DNA from: Eledone cirrhosa
Lineage: Eukaryota
Assembly (NCBI GenBank): GCA_964016885.1
Contig: OZ024742.1
Location: 330,522,001-330,586,000, forward strand
Length of the DNA: 64,000 bases
Direction: 5' to 3'
The position numbers and the translations under genes were made by a program. Each line of letters begins with the position of its first letter. Position 1 is the first letter of the stretch. The notes under the pieces were generated by a model. That model saw nothing but the letters and a program-made list of their open reading frames with translations. It searched no databases and was not told where the DNA came from. Positions 40,384 through 54,630 of the stretch are shown here, one piece after another.

Positions 40384-40575
40384 AATAATTGTTTCTCCTT
40401 TTGGCACAAGGCCAGCAATTATTCCAGTGTATTACTGGTACTTTATTTTATCGACCCCCGTAAGGAGGAAAGGCAAAGTTAACATCGTCAGGATTTGAAC
40501 TCAGTCCGTAAATGGACGTAACTGTGCTGAAAAGATGGCAACCGACCCTCTACAGATACTGCCAATCCACTGCCA
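40384..40575 (-). mobile_element. SINE family A
   Basis: Reverse complement of the conserved core and head. Confidence 0.88.
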
Positions 40576-40777
40576 TTTAGCGATAAATGGCCGGCTTTGC
40601 CAAATTCAAAAATAAAAAAGTAAATTTCGCTCTATATGACTGATGAAGTCTGAGTTTTTCCAATATTAATTATAACATTCTATTCGTTTTCAATTATGCA
40701 AACAAGCCACAATTGTATAGCCATGTCTGTAGAATGAACATTTCATTGTTCCTTTAGTGTTGGCATGCGAACAGAAG

Positions 40778-40819
40778 TGCAGACGCTAATGTTTCTGCGT
40801 ATCACCCTTCATCAGTACA
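40778..40819 (-). ncRNA. Type I hammerhead ribozyme, GUC triplet
   Basis: TGTA CTGATGA AGGGTGATACGCA GAAAC ATTAGC GTC TGCA. Confidence 0.72.
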
Positions 40820-41032
40820 TCTCAGTTCACTTGCCAAACTCTCAGACCTAGAATGAATGGTCATTCTACTGACATGGCTATGAAATTGAGACTTGTTTGC
40901 AGAATTGCAAACGAAGCGAATGTTATTATTAATATTTGAAAAATTCAGACTTCATCAGCCATATAGAGCGAAATTTTCTTTTCTATATTTGAATTTGGCA
41001 AAGTCGGCCATTTATCGCTATTATACAGGAAA

Positions 41033-41140
41033 CTGACCGGCCAGTCTGCTAATATGCAAATCTGGCTGATAAGTGGATCTGCTAATATGCAGATCTGACT
41101 GATCAGCCAGTCTGCTAATATGCAAATCAAGCCGATCAGT
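41033..41140 (+). repeat. Three 33-bp repeats with octamer motifs
   Basis: TCTGCTAATATGCA at 41045, 41078, 41111; ATGCAAAT twice, ATGCAGAT once. Confidence 0.85.
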
Positions 41141-41208
41141 CACTGTGTATTTTTGAAAATAGCATATATTTTTCTCTAGCTCTGACAGTTTGGCAGGTGA
41201 ACAGTGGG

Positions 41209-41252
41209 CTATACTGATGAAGGGTGATACCCAGAAACATTAGTGTCTGCAG
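41209..41252 (+). ncRNA. Type I hammerhead ribozyme, GUC triplet
   Basis: CTATA CTGATGA AGGGT-GAT-ACCCA GAAAC ATTAGT GTC TGCAG, outer helix TGAACAG/CTGTTCA. Confidence 0.75.
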
Positions 41253-41434
41253 TTCTGTTCACATACCAACACAAGAGCAAGAATGAAGGGTTCATTCTAC
41301 TGACATGGCTATAAAATCGAGGGTTGTTTGCATAATTGCAAACGAATCAAATGTTATTAAAATATTCGAAAAACTCAGACTACATTTATTGTATTCAGCC
41401 ATGTAAAGGGAAATGTATAAAGATATATATAAAG

Positions 41435-41494
<60 letters not shown>

Positions 41495-41501
<7 letters not shown>

Positions 41502-41630
41502 TAAGAGGAATTCCAACTTTGTCTGATTTATTCGTTTTATTTACAATCCCTTAAAATATATAATGGTATTATAATGGTATTATAATTTCATTAATAAATC
41601 AGAGAAAGTTGGAATTCCTCATATTAATAT
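41495..41630. repeat. Short inverted repeat between (TA)n tracts
   Basis: TATTAATAAGAGGAATTCCAACTTTGTCTGATTTATT versus AATAAATCAGAGAAAGTTGGAATTCCTCATATTAATA. Confidence 0.8.
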
Positions 41631-41673
41631 AATCTTCTATACACAATCATACACACCCGTGTATATTTACCTA

Positions 41674-41754
<81 letters not shown>

Positions 41755-42669
41755 GCATGCGTCTGTTTCAATTCCCATCTTTCTACATTCGGCACATACT
41801 TGAGTTCGCATGTCACACGTCGCATCACAACCTGTCTTTATATATGTAGATCATAAATTAAGTGGTTTAGTATCAGATACCCTAGGTATCGCAAACATTA
41901 TGTGACTACTATATCGGAACATAGAAATTCGTGTACTTGGTTCATGGTGCAGTTTCTCTGATTGTAAATTAAATTTCCGGGTCAAATAGCGTTTTATATC
42001 CATTTGAAAAAAATATGCCAGGTTTCTTCAGATCATTCGTCTATCAAAAGTGAGCATTATTAAGAGTTCCCGAGAATGATTTACTCAGCAACATCCGGGT
42101 TTCCCGTTCTAATACATGCAGATGCAAAACTCATATGGGATCATTATCAGAAGAAGGCTGAGAAGCTTACATGAATTGGCTTCACAGCATGATGTCTGAT
42201 ATAATCAAATATAATTTCCCGGTAGAATTGTGTGTGATATAATCAAATTTACTTAATGGCAAATGCGGGTGCGAGAACGTATCCGTGTTAGATATGAATA
42301 TTTTTATATCTCTATATGTTATATAGGCCTGATCAGATAATGTAGTGCTCTGATGTTGAGAGAGAATGTGGCATGACATATATTTTTTAACGGGGGAGTA
42401 TAAATTACCTGTGGTATGGCTTATTCCATTTTGTTTACAAGTTTAAATAGAATTGACAATTGTGAATGACTTTTGTATTTCCATGATCATTTGGAAAGCT
42501 ACTTTTAAATTTTCGATAATTATAACTGATTAATATTTTCCGAACTATTAATTTGGTATTGGAAGTGTATATAATAAATTTATATTGATTCAAACAGCGG
42601 TCGTAATGTCAAACAAGAAATCTTATAAACTTATAAATATAGATGCATACAGACTTTCAGACACCCGTT

Positions 42670-42707
<38 letters not shown>

Positions 42708-42745
42708 TTCTTCCCAATGGATCGTTTGGTTTTCAAATTCTTTAA

Positions 42746-42820
<75 letters not shown>

Positions 42821-42909
42821 ATTTTCTTCCTAATGCATCGTTTGGTTTTCAATTTATTTAAATTTGAGTTTCCTATTCAACAATGTCTGAAGCAGGCTAC
42901 AACACTCTG

Positions 42910-42946
<37 letters not shown>

Positions 42947-42987
42947 AGTATGCATACGCGAATATATCTACATTGTACGTAATAATG

Positions 42988-43202
42988 GTTTCTTATATAG
43001 GCACAAGGCCAGCAATTTGGGGGAGGGGAAAGTCGATTAAATCGAGTCCAGTGCGTGACTAGTACTTCATGTTATCGACTCCGTAAGGGTGAAAGGCAAA
43101 TTTAACCTCGGTAGGATTTGAACTCAGATCATAAAGGGCTGTAACGCTATGCTTCAAAGCATGGCGCCCGACCCTCTACCGATACTGCCCATCCAACGCC
43201 CT
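42988..43202 (-). mobile_element. SINE family A variant with 19-bp target site duplication
   Basis: TACATTGTACGTAATAATG at 42969-42987 and 43203-43221. Confidence 0.9.
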
Positions 43203-43352
43203 TACATTGTACGTAATAATGAATAGCTTACTAGAGAGGTCGCTCTTTATACAAGGATACACACAAAGCCAGTATTTGGAAACAATTCATTTATAGCCAC
43301 TGTGCTTAGAAGTAATGACAGCCAACGACGGACAAATATGTTTGATATATGG

Positions 43353-43423
<71 letters not shown>

Positions 43424-43477
43424 ATTATAATGAAATGACAGGAGGCTGGATTTGTGTAAATCCTTGAAAGGTTTATT

Positions 43478-43535
43478 ATACTATGATCATTTCAATGACC
43501 GGGTTCCGTATGAATCCGGTGATATCATCAGGTAT
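43478..43535 (-). ncRNA. Type I hammerhead ribozyme, intact core, AUA triplet
   Basis: ATAC CTGATGA TATCACCGGATTCATACGGAACCCGGTCATT GAAA TGATC ATA GTAT; stem III palindrome ATGATCAT. Confidence 0.75.
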
Positions 43536-46500
43536 TCGAAATATAATACGTGAATGTAATAGATAAAATCCATGGGGCTGAAAATCAAGGACTCGAGGGC
43601 GACCGCCATCCAGAACCTTCTATCTTTGCCGGTCGCCCTCGAGTGACGTGGCTAAAGCTTACAGTCTGCTACTACCGGTCAGATAAAGGAAAACAGAAAG
43701 TGATGGGAACATAAGTTAACGTTAATATCATGCCACAAGAAAAAAGAAAGAAAGAAAGAAGAGAGAAGAAGGGGGAAGGAAGAAGAAGAGAAGCGAGGGT
43801 TAATGCCAGCTATAAGAAGAAAGACAGAAAGAAAGAGGAGGAAAGGGCGGTATTCCAGTCAGGCCAGGATTGTCACGAGTAAATTTTTTTTATTCTAAGG
43901 AACCCGTATCTTAACAACTACTACCGGTCAAATATAGGCAAACAAAAAGGGGAAGGAAGATAAGTCTGCGGGAGGAAGACAGAAAGAAGAGAGAAGAGAA
44001 GGAAGAAAAGGGAGAAGTAGAAATGTCAGGGTTGATGGCTACAAGAAGAAAGATAGAAAGAAAGAGGAAGAAAGGTCGATATTAATGTCAGACTACAGTC
44101 AGGCCAGGAGTGGCGCGAAAAAATGTTCACAGGAACCCGTATCTTAGCAGAGGTAAATAGAGTGGGGGTTAGTGTGTTATAATGTGTGAGCAGAAGATTG
44201 GAACGTTACGTTTTTGTTTAAACTTATAGGATGAAGTTAAAAAATAATAATTAATATTTAATATCAAAGAAATTAGAAAATTTAAAGTTAAACAATTTAA
44301 CATTTTAAGGTTGATATATCTAATAGTTCTGATTTGATCTGTAATTTAAAGCTACTATGTGGTGGTTAAAAAACCGGCCGCGTGCCGGGCCCCTGGGGCG
44401 AATCAAGCCACTCTGAGTAGTTTCATTTATCGAAAGAAGGGGAAATTTATTTTTCCAAGCACTCAAGGTAGGCCTATGCGCCAGGGGGCCGGTCCGCCGC
44501 CAGGAAAACCAACCCAACAGTCCGACAGAAAGTTGGAACGTTAACATATTGTTTAAATTTATAGGATGAAGTTGTAAGAATTCAGAATAACATTATAAAA
44601 TTAACGAGTAATAAGATTGAGAATTGAACAAACAGAAAATTGAAAATTAAACATTTAAAATAAAATGTTTAAGGTTTTGGGTTGCGGGGTTTAGTTAAAG
44701 AGAGTCTTTTATGAAGAAACGTTAATTGTATTATGTAGAGCTTCTATAATTTTTCCTAGTGGGATGTAGAGCAAGGGATATAGTCGGGTAATATTTATTT
44801 TTGTTCTCAGGGGCAGACATTCTAGTGTCGGGTGCTAATGGGTACAAGTGAGCAAAAGTCCCAATAGGAGGAGTAGAAATACATGGATACATAGAAGTGG
44901 AATACGTGGAAAAGCACATTGATAAAGCAAAGGTGTAAATATATAAATATATAAATATAAATATGTAAAAACACCAACAAGAGTGGTGAGGGAGTAAGAT
45001 GGAGAAATCAAGACATAGGAGAAGTACAATATAGTTCAGGTTGCAGTATTTATGTTCCCAGGGGGAGACATTCCAGTGTCGTGTGCTAAGGGTACACGCG
45101 AGTAAAAATCCGAATAAGGGAAGTAAAAAGTATAGAAGTAGAATATGTGGAAAAAGCATCAATACAGCAAATAAAGATATAAAGATAAAGATATAAATAA
45201 ACAGACAAGAGTGGTGGTGGAGTAAATGGAGAGTTCAAGACACAGGAGAAATACAATATAGTTCAAGTTGCAGTCAGATAATGCATATAGATGTGGAAAT
45301 GGAATCAGTGTGTGTTCGAGTCTGGTAATTCAGTGTGAGTTATACATGCCTGAAGTATAGGGTAGTGAATTTAGTTAATACAGTGCTGTACAATACATGT
45401 TATGGTATAATCCGTAAAGTTTCGTCGAAGTCCGAATATTCTGAGATGGAAGTAGCAATGGGCCAGGTGGGCGGTAGACAAAAACACTGAGCAGCCAAAG
45501 TCTGAATGGTGGTTAGATACATTCAGTCCCATGCCGCTGTTCATTATCACATTTGGAAGTGCTCAACGTTTCAGGAGCATTATTTATTCAAGTTTGAGGT
45601 TCACCACTGGATAAATTATAGAAGATCTACATAATACAATTAACGTTTCTTCATAAAAGACTCTCTTTAACTAAACCACGCAACCCAAAACCTTAAAAGA
45701 GTTTTTTTAAATGTTTAATTTTCAATTTTCTGTTTGTTCAATTCTCAATCTTCTTACTATTTAATTGTATAATGTTATTCTGAATTCTTTCAACTTCATC
45801 CTATAAATTTAAGCAATATTTTAACGTTCCAACTTTCTGTCGGACTGTTGGGTTGGTATTCCGGGCGGCGGGACCGGCCCCCTGGTGCATAGGCCTACCT
45901 TGAGTTCTTGGAAAAATAAATTTCCCTTTCTTTCGGTAAATAAAACTACTCGGAGTGGCTTGATTCGCCCCAGGGGCCGGCGCGCGGCCGGTTTTTTAAC
46001 CGCCACATAGTACCTTTAAATTACAGATCAAATCAGAACTATTAGATATATCAACCTTAAAATGTTAAACTGTTTAACTTTAAATTTTCTAATTTCTTTA
46101 ATATTAAATATTAATTATTAATTTTTAACTTCATCCTATAAGTCTAAACAAAAACGTAACGTTCCAATCTTCTGCTCACACATTATAACACACTGACCCC
46201 CACTATATTTACCTCTGCTAAGATACGGGTCCCTGTGAAAATGTTTTCGTGCCCTTCCTGGCCTGAGTGTAGTCTGATATTAATATCGACCTTTCTTCCT
46301 CTTTCTTTCTATCTTTCTTCTTGTAGCCATCAACCCTGACTTTTCTACTTCTCCCTTTTCGTCCTTCTCTTCTCCCTTCTTTCTGTCTTCCTCCCGCAGA
46401 CTTATCTTCCTTCCGCTTTTTGTTTGCCTATATTTGACCGGTAGTAGTTGTTAAGATACGGGTCCCTTAGAATAAAAAAAATTCTTCGCGACAATCATGA

Positions 46501-46831
46501 CCTGACTGTAATACCGCCCTTTCCTCCTCTTTCTTTCTGTCTTTCTTCTTATAGCTGACATTAACCCTGGCTTCTCTTATTCTTCCTTCCCCCTTGTTCT
46601 CTCTTCTTTCTTTCTTTCTGTCTTTTTTCTTGTGGCCTGATATTAACGCTAACTTATGTTCCCATCCCTTTCTGTTTTCCTTTATCTGACCTGTAGTAGC
46701 GCACTGTAAGTTTTAGCCACGTCACTCGAGGGCGACTGGCAAAGGTAGAAGGTGCTGGATGGCGGTCGCCCTCGGGTCCTTGATTTTCAGCCCCATGGAT
46801 TTTATCTACTACATTCACGTGTATATTTCGA

Positions 46832-46889
46832 ATACCTGTTGATATCACCGGATTCATACGGAACCCGGTCATTGAAATGATCATAGTAT
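46832..46889 (+). ncRNA. Hammerhead ribozyme copy with core mutation (CTGTTGA)
   Basis: Same as 43478-43535 except A6U. Confidence 0.65.
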
Positions 46890-47192
46890 AATAAACCTTT
46901 CAAGGATTTACACAAATCCAGCTACCTGTCATTTCATTATAATATTTAACTCCGTAATAGCACCACCAACTACAAACACAAAGACGGTTGAACTGCTTTA
47001 CGTTGAGTACTCTCTATATTATTACATTGCGATTGACCATACGGGATTGACCAGCTCTATCCAGTGGTGAACCTCAAACCTGAATATATATATATATATA
47101 ACGAAGGAAATGTGGTAAGGAACCAGGTGGACCATAACGCACCAAAGTACTCAATACTTGGGGTAGTAGAGTGAGTAATAGGAACCAGTAAG

Positions 47193-47286
47193 ACCCCGAC
47201 GGCTGAGCACAAGCCGTTTCGACGGCTAATTCTAGACTAAATGAAAATTTATCTTGGTATTAAAATAGCCGATCTTCTCAAGGGGT
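47193..47286 (-). ncRNA. Type I hammerhead ribozyme, U3-A8 variant, full stem III, GUC triplet
   Basis: ACCCC TTGAGAA GATCGGCTA...TAGCCGTC GAAAC GGCTTGTGCTCAGCC GTC GGGGT. Confidence 0.8.
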
Positions 47287-49238
47287 AATTCAATATATGG
47301 TCAAAGTGATTGTCAAAAGTCAGTAGTAATTCTGTGATTGCAAATTAGTAGGGGAGATGGTGGCTAAACCTGCCAGTAGGAGAAAGAGGGGAGGGGGTGG
47401 AGTAGAATCAATCAAGCGTTGGTAGTGCCAGCTACAACTGGGCATGAGATCAAAGAAGATACTGAGGAGGGGGAGGGGGAGGAAGTCGGAACGGTAGGTA
47501 GAACAATGAGGGGTAAAAATATATATGAAAGAAAAAATACTGAGAGTGAAGAAGAGCGAATAAGTGTAAAGAAAAAAGTAAAGCAAGTTCTACGACCTAA
47601 GTCTCTAGCTATTGTTAGGCTAGATAAATAAATAAGTAAAGAAAGAAAGAAGTAAAGAAAGAAATAAAGAAATAACGAAATAAGTAAATGAACTAGGTGG
47701 GACGGATAGGCAAGGACCCTTTTAAGAGGTATAAGTACGTAAATCATACGGTGACAGGTCAACAAATGGGGCCAAAATACTTAAGAGACTACCACGAAAT
47801 AAATAATAAAGGTTTCTATCCCGGGCACAATGCCAGCAACCACCCAGTGCAGCAACGTAAACTAGTACGAGATAATAATTCTGAGTCCCGAAAAAAAAAA
47901 TACTAATGCTAACTCTAAAAGATCTTAAACAAGCTACATGAAAGTTCGTACGAAGTAAAGGTAGAATACGGAAAAATAAATTCAGAATCCACCCCGCCCA
48001 AAAGAAAAGCGAAGAAAGAAATACTGAAACGAGAAAATAAGGCATAATGCCACTAAGAAATATAGAAGGCACGGAAAATAGTGGGAGCGGTCGGAAAAAG
48101 GGGGCAAGTATCCGGGGTCTAAACCAACTGCTATAAAAAGCGGAGTCCGCCAAATCTATCAAGACTAGGAGAGGGGGTGGGGGTACTAAGGCTACAAGGG
48201 GCCAAAGGGCAGCCTCGGGTGGGCGAGAAAAGACGCCGACAAAGAAGAATAGCTGGGGTAGAAGGACTAAGGAAGGATGGGGGGAAGGAAATAAAGGAAG
48301 CGATAAAAGAATAAAAAGAAGATCTTACGTCTCCCTTGGCAAGCAGGGGTTACCCATTGCAAAATAGATTTGGCGGACTCCGCTTTTTATAGCAGTTGGT
48401 TTAGACCCCGGATACTTGCCCCCTTTTTCCGACCGCTCCCACTATTTTCCGTGCCTTCTATATTTCTTAGTGGCACTATGCCTTATTTTCTCGTTTCAGT
48501 ATTTCTTTCTTCGCTTTTCTTTTGGGCGGGGTGGATTCTGAATTTATTTTTCCGTATTCTACCTTTACTTCGTACGAACTATCATGTAGCTTGTTTAAGA
48601 TCTTTTAGAGTTAGCATTAGTATATATTTTTTTCGGGACTCAGAATTATTATCTCGTACTAGTTTACTTTGCTGCACTGGGTGGTTGCTGGCATTGTGCC
48701 CGGGATAGAAACCTTTATTATTTATTTCGTGGTAGTCTCTTTAGTATTTTGGCCCCATTTGTTGACCTGTCACCGTATGATTTACGTCCTTATACCTCTT
48801 AAAAGGGTCCTTGCCTATTCCGTCCCACCTAGTTCATTTACTTATTTCGTTATTTCTTTATTTCTTTCTTTACTTCTTTCTTTCTTTATTTATTTATTTA
48901 TCTAGCCTAACAATAGCTAGAGACTTAGGTTGTAGAACTTGCTTTACTTTTTTCTTTACACTTATTCGCTCTTCTTCACTCTCAGTATTTTTTCTTTCAT
49001 ATATATGTTTACCCCTCATTGTTCTACCTACCGTTCCGACTTCCTCCCCCTCCCCCTCCTCAGTATCTTCTTTGACCTCATGCCCAGCTGTAGCTGGCAC
49101 TACCAACGCTTGATTGGGTCTACTCCACCCCCTCCCCTCTTTCTCCTACTGGCAGGTTTAGCCACCATCTCCCCTACTAATTTGCAATCACAGAATTACT
49201 ACTGACTTTTGACAATCACTTTGACCATATGTTGAATT

Positions 49239-49332
49239 ACCCCATGAGAAGATCGGCTATTTTAATACCAGGATAAATTTTCATCTAGTCCAGAATTAGC
49301 CGTCGAAACGGCTTGAGCTCAGCCGTCGGGGT
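49239..49332 (+). ncRNA. Hammerhead ribozyme copy with position 3 mutated (ATGAGAA)
   Basis: ACCCC ATGAGAA ... GAAAC GGCTTGAGCTCAGCC GTC GGGGT. Confidence 0.7.
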
Positions 49333-49342
49333 CTTACTGGTT

Positions 49343-49389
<47 letters not shown>

Positions 49390-49399
49390 GTGTGCTTGC

Positions 49400-50040
49400 G
49401 TGTAAGTAGTAAGTTGCTCAATACATTGTGTAATCAACAAGTTTAATATCCTCCTTTGAATGAAATATTTCAACTCCTGTAGAAGCCAATTCTATATTAA
49501 CTTGATATAATCAAGGTGCTTAATCTGTGGAGTTTAAGCTGCAACGCCACATGAATATACCAGTTTAAGCAACTCCAACAGCACTACATGTCAGTAGTCT
49601 ATTTCCAGCTAAAATGTTGGTTATTAGGTGTGACCGATATTCAATTTATGAAATCTTGTTAAGGCATTGTAAATTGTACATAATTGTTTTATTGCTTTGT
49701 ATATATTAAAATGAGCTGGCTATGGAATGGTTGTATCATTAACCATTTCCCTCTGACATCATCAGTTTTTAATACAATTATGAGGTCATGTTATGCAAAC
49801 ATTTTCTTTACCTATGTGATTTATTTAATATTGACCCCAGACTGCTCAAATAAGGTTACCAATTACTTTGAACCATATACAATATGTGAAGATTTAGACT
49901 CAGCGAATGGATTATTACATACCATGATAAATAAAAGTGTGCTAAAGGCAGAATCAATAACAATTATCCGGTCTCCAATGCTGCTGTATCTTATTAGGGG
50001 TGAATGTAAGGTAGTTCTTCAAATCATAATGTCGATAGTT
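49400..50040 (-). mobile_element. Possible CR1/L2-type RT relic
   Basis: Decayed G..Q.SVLG.IL-like and KMFA-like remnants near 49800-49860. Confidence 0.3.
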
Positions 50041-51975
50041 CATGTGGATGTGTGGTGTGTGTGTATGTTTTGTGGCGTGGGGTTGTGGTGTTGGGTATAT
50101 GTGTGTGTGAGGGGTGCGTTTTTTCAGGGAAGCTATCAGGTATACATTAATAGATAGTCGTTATTATATATGGAGATATGTGTAAGATAAACATAAGCCG
50201 ATAAAGTTTTAATAACATTAAAGAGTTATTATTTATTGTAACTCATGCTACATTTTAGGCTATATAATGAAGTCAGTAGCCATCATTTCTTCTACAATTT
50301 AAAAAAAAAAAAAAAAAAATTATTTTATGTATATAGTCACTGAGGGGATCGAAGTATATATTTTATTTCATAGAATAGAAATTATGTAATTATCCACATT
50401 TGAAATAATAAAGAAATAACTAGTCAAGTACTGTATATGGTTTTCTATTCATATTTCCGAACTGGTTTCTGGAAATGTGTCAGTGACTACGACGCATATA
50501 TAGGAGGGATATTCTGAAAACTCACAATATAAACATAAATGTATAACAGTTGGTAATACAAACACACACACATCTACGTCTATCTCTCTTCCAATTTTGC
50601 TCAAATAACACCATTAATATAGTGACAACACCTAATTAATGTCAATATTCTTGTAGAAATTGGCATCATACAGAAATAAATTTAAAGCTTTAAGAGAACA
50701 GTCGTTTTAATATTGCCTATTGTACGTCTAGGCTTTTCTTCTTAGATTCTTTAATGTATGTATTAGTCGTTGTAAGACTGACTAATTAAAGTGTGCCAAC
50801 GTTCAGTAAATGAAATAAATGTTCTTTATCCTTTTAGAGTATTCATATTGGTTGAATGACAGTATGCGTATACACATTTATAATAATCACCTGCAGGACG
50901 GGATTGGAGAGCCATATAGTACCTGCTGTCGTTATCATTACTACGTCATTGTCAAATTAAACAGTAAATACAATATTATATTCATTTTCAATTGTCCCCC
51001 TCTATCCACTCAGAAAGGATATTTGTAGGGAGAAAGTTCCAGACGTGATGGAAAGGAAGGATTTAATATGGGTGCAGTAAGGGGAAGGAGTCGAGGCAGA
51101 CGTGATTACCTGAGAATACGTGGTAAGATAATGCGTTAGTTACGAAGAGCAGACTTCATATTGATTGCAGTAGAAAATACAACAGGAGACAATTTTCTGG
51201 AGATTAGAACGTAAATGTCAGTGATTATATGCCAATCTTTTGATGTAATCTAAGTGTGTGTGGTGGTAGCAACAACACCAACCATAGGTGGGAGCAATAC
51301 GCCAAAGTGTGTTTTACCATAGGTTTGGAGAGTATCAGAATGTGGGGTGGAGAAAGTATGACCTAGTTCTGAAGTCAAGGCCAGGCTTTAAGGACAATGA
51401 TCTAAAATAACAATACCATTTGAAGACAAAAAAAAACATTTCATTCTTGTTTAAATACATCACAAATTAAAAACGAAATAATCAGGGATAAATATATTCA
51501 AATAAAATGTAGTCGGAAACGGTTCATATAGTATACGATGTTTCCCACGGTTATTTAAACAACATTTACTAATACACCCATTCGCTTAAATTGTAATGTG
51601 ATCCTTCCTACATAATTACGATGGTGCATATATATTTTCCTTTATTAAACATGACTTTCCAATCAAAACGACAAGTGGGTGTGTATGCGTGCTTTAGTGA
51701 ATCGACTTAAAGTTCAGCTGAACGATAGTCTATTGTTATAGAGAAAAATGTAAAATGAGAAATAAATACTATATCCTCTGTATATTGAAACGCGAGAGAT
51801 TTACGTAATGAATTATGCTAAAATTATATTAAGCTGTGTTAGATAAGAGTATAAGGCTCTAGCCTTCGCTATGGACTAATATTTGTTGTAAATTTACATA
51901 GAACTATGTATATGACCACACAAGTGCGCACACTCACGTACGTACGAGGTAACCGGCCTCATATATATATATATA

Positions 51976-52011
<36 letters not shown>

Positions 52012-52012
52012 G

Positions 52013-52075
<63 letters not shown>

Positions 52076-52451
52076 AAGTAAGTCCTTCATCAGTGGCCTT
52101 CCAACCGTCGTAGGCATTTCATCGCTTTAAATGCCATATACCTCAGGTTGGTGCGAGCAACGGCTAAAAAACGTCGTTGGAGCACGTAAATAAAGGGGAC
52201 GCTAGGGTAAACAAATGTTTAAACTTCTCTTAACCTAACAATACCTATATTTCAGGTGTCTATAAGGTGGTTGTGGTCGGTCATGGTTGATGGATTTAAA
52301 GAAAAGGGATATTCATGAAAGCTAATTCTCTAAAGCTCTACTTAGTGTGACAAAGGCCAAGAGAATTCTATAAACCAGTTCAAAATATTGGGTGTCTACC
52401 ATTATTGTTAAATTTCTCTTAAGCTATATTCCAGGTATCAACAGACACATT

Positions 52452-52482
<31 letters not shown>

Positions 52483-52489
52483 TTATCTC

Positions 52490-53745
<1,256 letters not shown>

Positions 53746-53759
53746 TATACATATACATA

Positions 53760-53836
53760 TTTCCCACACTACTACCCTAAGTATTGAGTACTCTGGTGCG
53801 TTATGGTCCATCTGGTTCCTTACCACAATTCCTTCG

Positions 53837-53840
<4 letters not shown>
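53760..53840 (+). mobile_element. Isolated tail of the 47-49 kb family
   Basis: CTACTACCCTAAGTATTGAGTACTCTGGTGCGTTATGGTCCA..GGTTCCTTACCACAA.TCCTTCGTTAT, as at 40237-40308. Confidence 0.85.
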
Positions 53841-53894
<54 letters not shown>

Positions 53895-53924
53895 GCACAT
53901 ATATACATATATATATATACGCAC

Positions 53925-53962
<38 letters not shown>

Positions 53963-53965
<3 letters not shown>

Positions 53966-54630
53966 AAAGAACACAAGAGCGTCTACAACATCAACCATTT
54001 TTTTATTGGCTTACAATGTTTCTTCCTTACGTAACCGTAGGTTTCGTCAGAGCTATAAAAGGGGTTTGATTGGTGTTATGGTCTCTACCAACCAAACATT
54101 CAAGAACAAAGAGTAAAGAGAGTAAAGAGCAAAAGCAGGGAACAATAAGTGTAATTTTGGTGCGGGAGGGTGGGGTGTGGGTCCTTGTTTACTAGCTGTG
54201 GTCATATTCATTCCCGGGAGTCGAGTGGTTAGTGGAGCCATAGATGGGGTGGCATCGATAGTAGGGTGCAGAGGGTGTGCAGAGGCTACACACACACAAA
54301 GGACATAAACTATATATATAACGGAGGAGAAAGTACATGAGGTAATTAGAAATGGAATAAGAGTAATAATAATCTATAGTTAATAATGTATAATAAGGCA
54401 TGAGGAAGATTACACTATAATTAGGTATAAAAGTAAGAATAAGATAAAATATAAAGGAGGATAAAAATGAAAATAAGAATAAATATAAAAAAATTTATAT
54501 AAAATATATATAGAGAATATATAAAAAATATAAGCAAGTATTAGAAAGGGAAAAACACAATGTAAAAAAGCAGATTTTGTCAAATAAAAATATTCTAAAT
54601 ATGGGGAGAGCAAACGGGAGAGAGAAATAT
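53963..54630 (-). mobile_element. PLE-type 3' UTR fragment with HHR
   Basis: Pyrimidine-rich minus strand ending in an HHR and (TA)n. Confidence 0.6.
54007..54055 (-). ncRNA. Type I hammerhead ribozyme, GUA triplet
   Basis: TAGCT CTGACGA AACCTACG-GTTA-CGTAAGGAA GAAAC ATT GTA AGCCA. Confidence 0.68.

Larger units (their letters stand above)
40578..41415. mobile_element. Older retrozyme-like element: ~431-bp unit, minus arm 40578-40852 plus 1.3 tandem units on plus
   Basis: TCATTCTACTGACATGGCTA at 40861 and 41292; 40578-40740 is inverted relative to 40860-41020; two HHRs. Confidence 0.8.
43424..47085. mobile_element. Large non-coding PLE-derived foldback: arms 43424-44762 / 45603-46943, tail to 47085
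   Basis: ~1.34-kb inverted arms with internal tandem duplications, HHR near each outer end, (TA)n flanks, no protein motif recognised. Confidence 0.9.
47097..49346. mobile_element. Young non-coding PLE-derived foldback: arms 47179-48159 / 48365-49346, tail 47097-47178
   Basis: ~980-bp near-identical inverted arms (mirror ORFs differ by a few residues), HHR near both outer ends, (TA)n flanks. Confidence 0.92.

Noticed and set aside
40640-40700. CTGATGA on the strand opposite the 431-bp unit's HHR (possible second-polarity ribozyme)
   Set aside because: No matching GAAA/NUH with closing stems found.
47320-49205. Paired mirror ORFs of 70-146 aa, some hydrophobic
   Set aside because: Arise from the T-rich strand of a recent inverted repeat; overlapping frames and no motifs.
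52075-52110. Minus-strand CTGATGA near a TA tract
   Set aside because: Truncated by microsatellite before any GAAA; cannot be supported.
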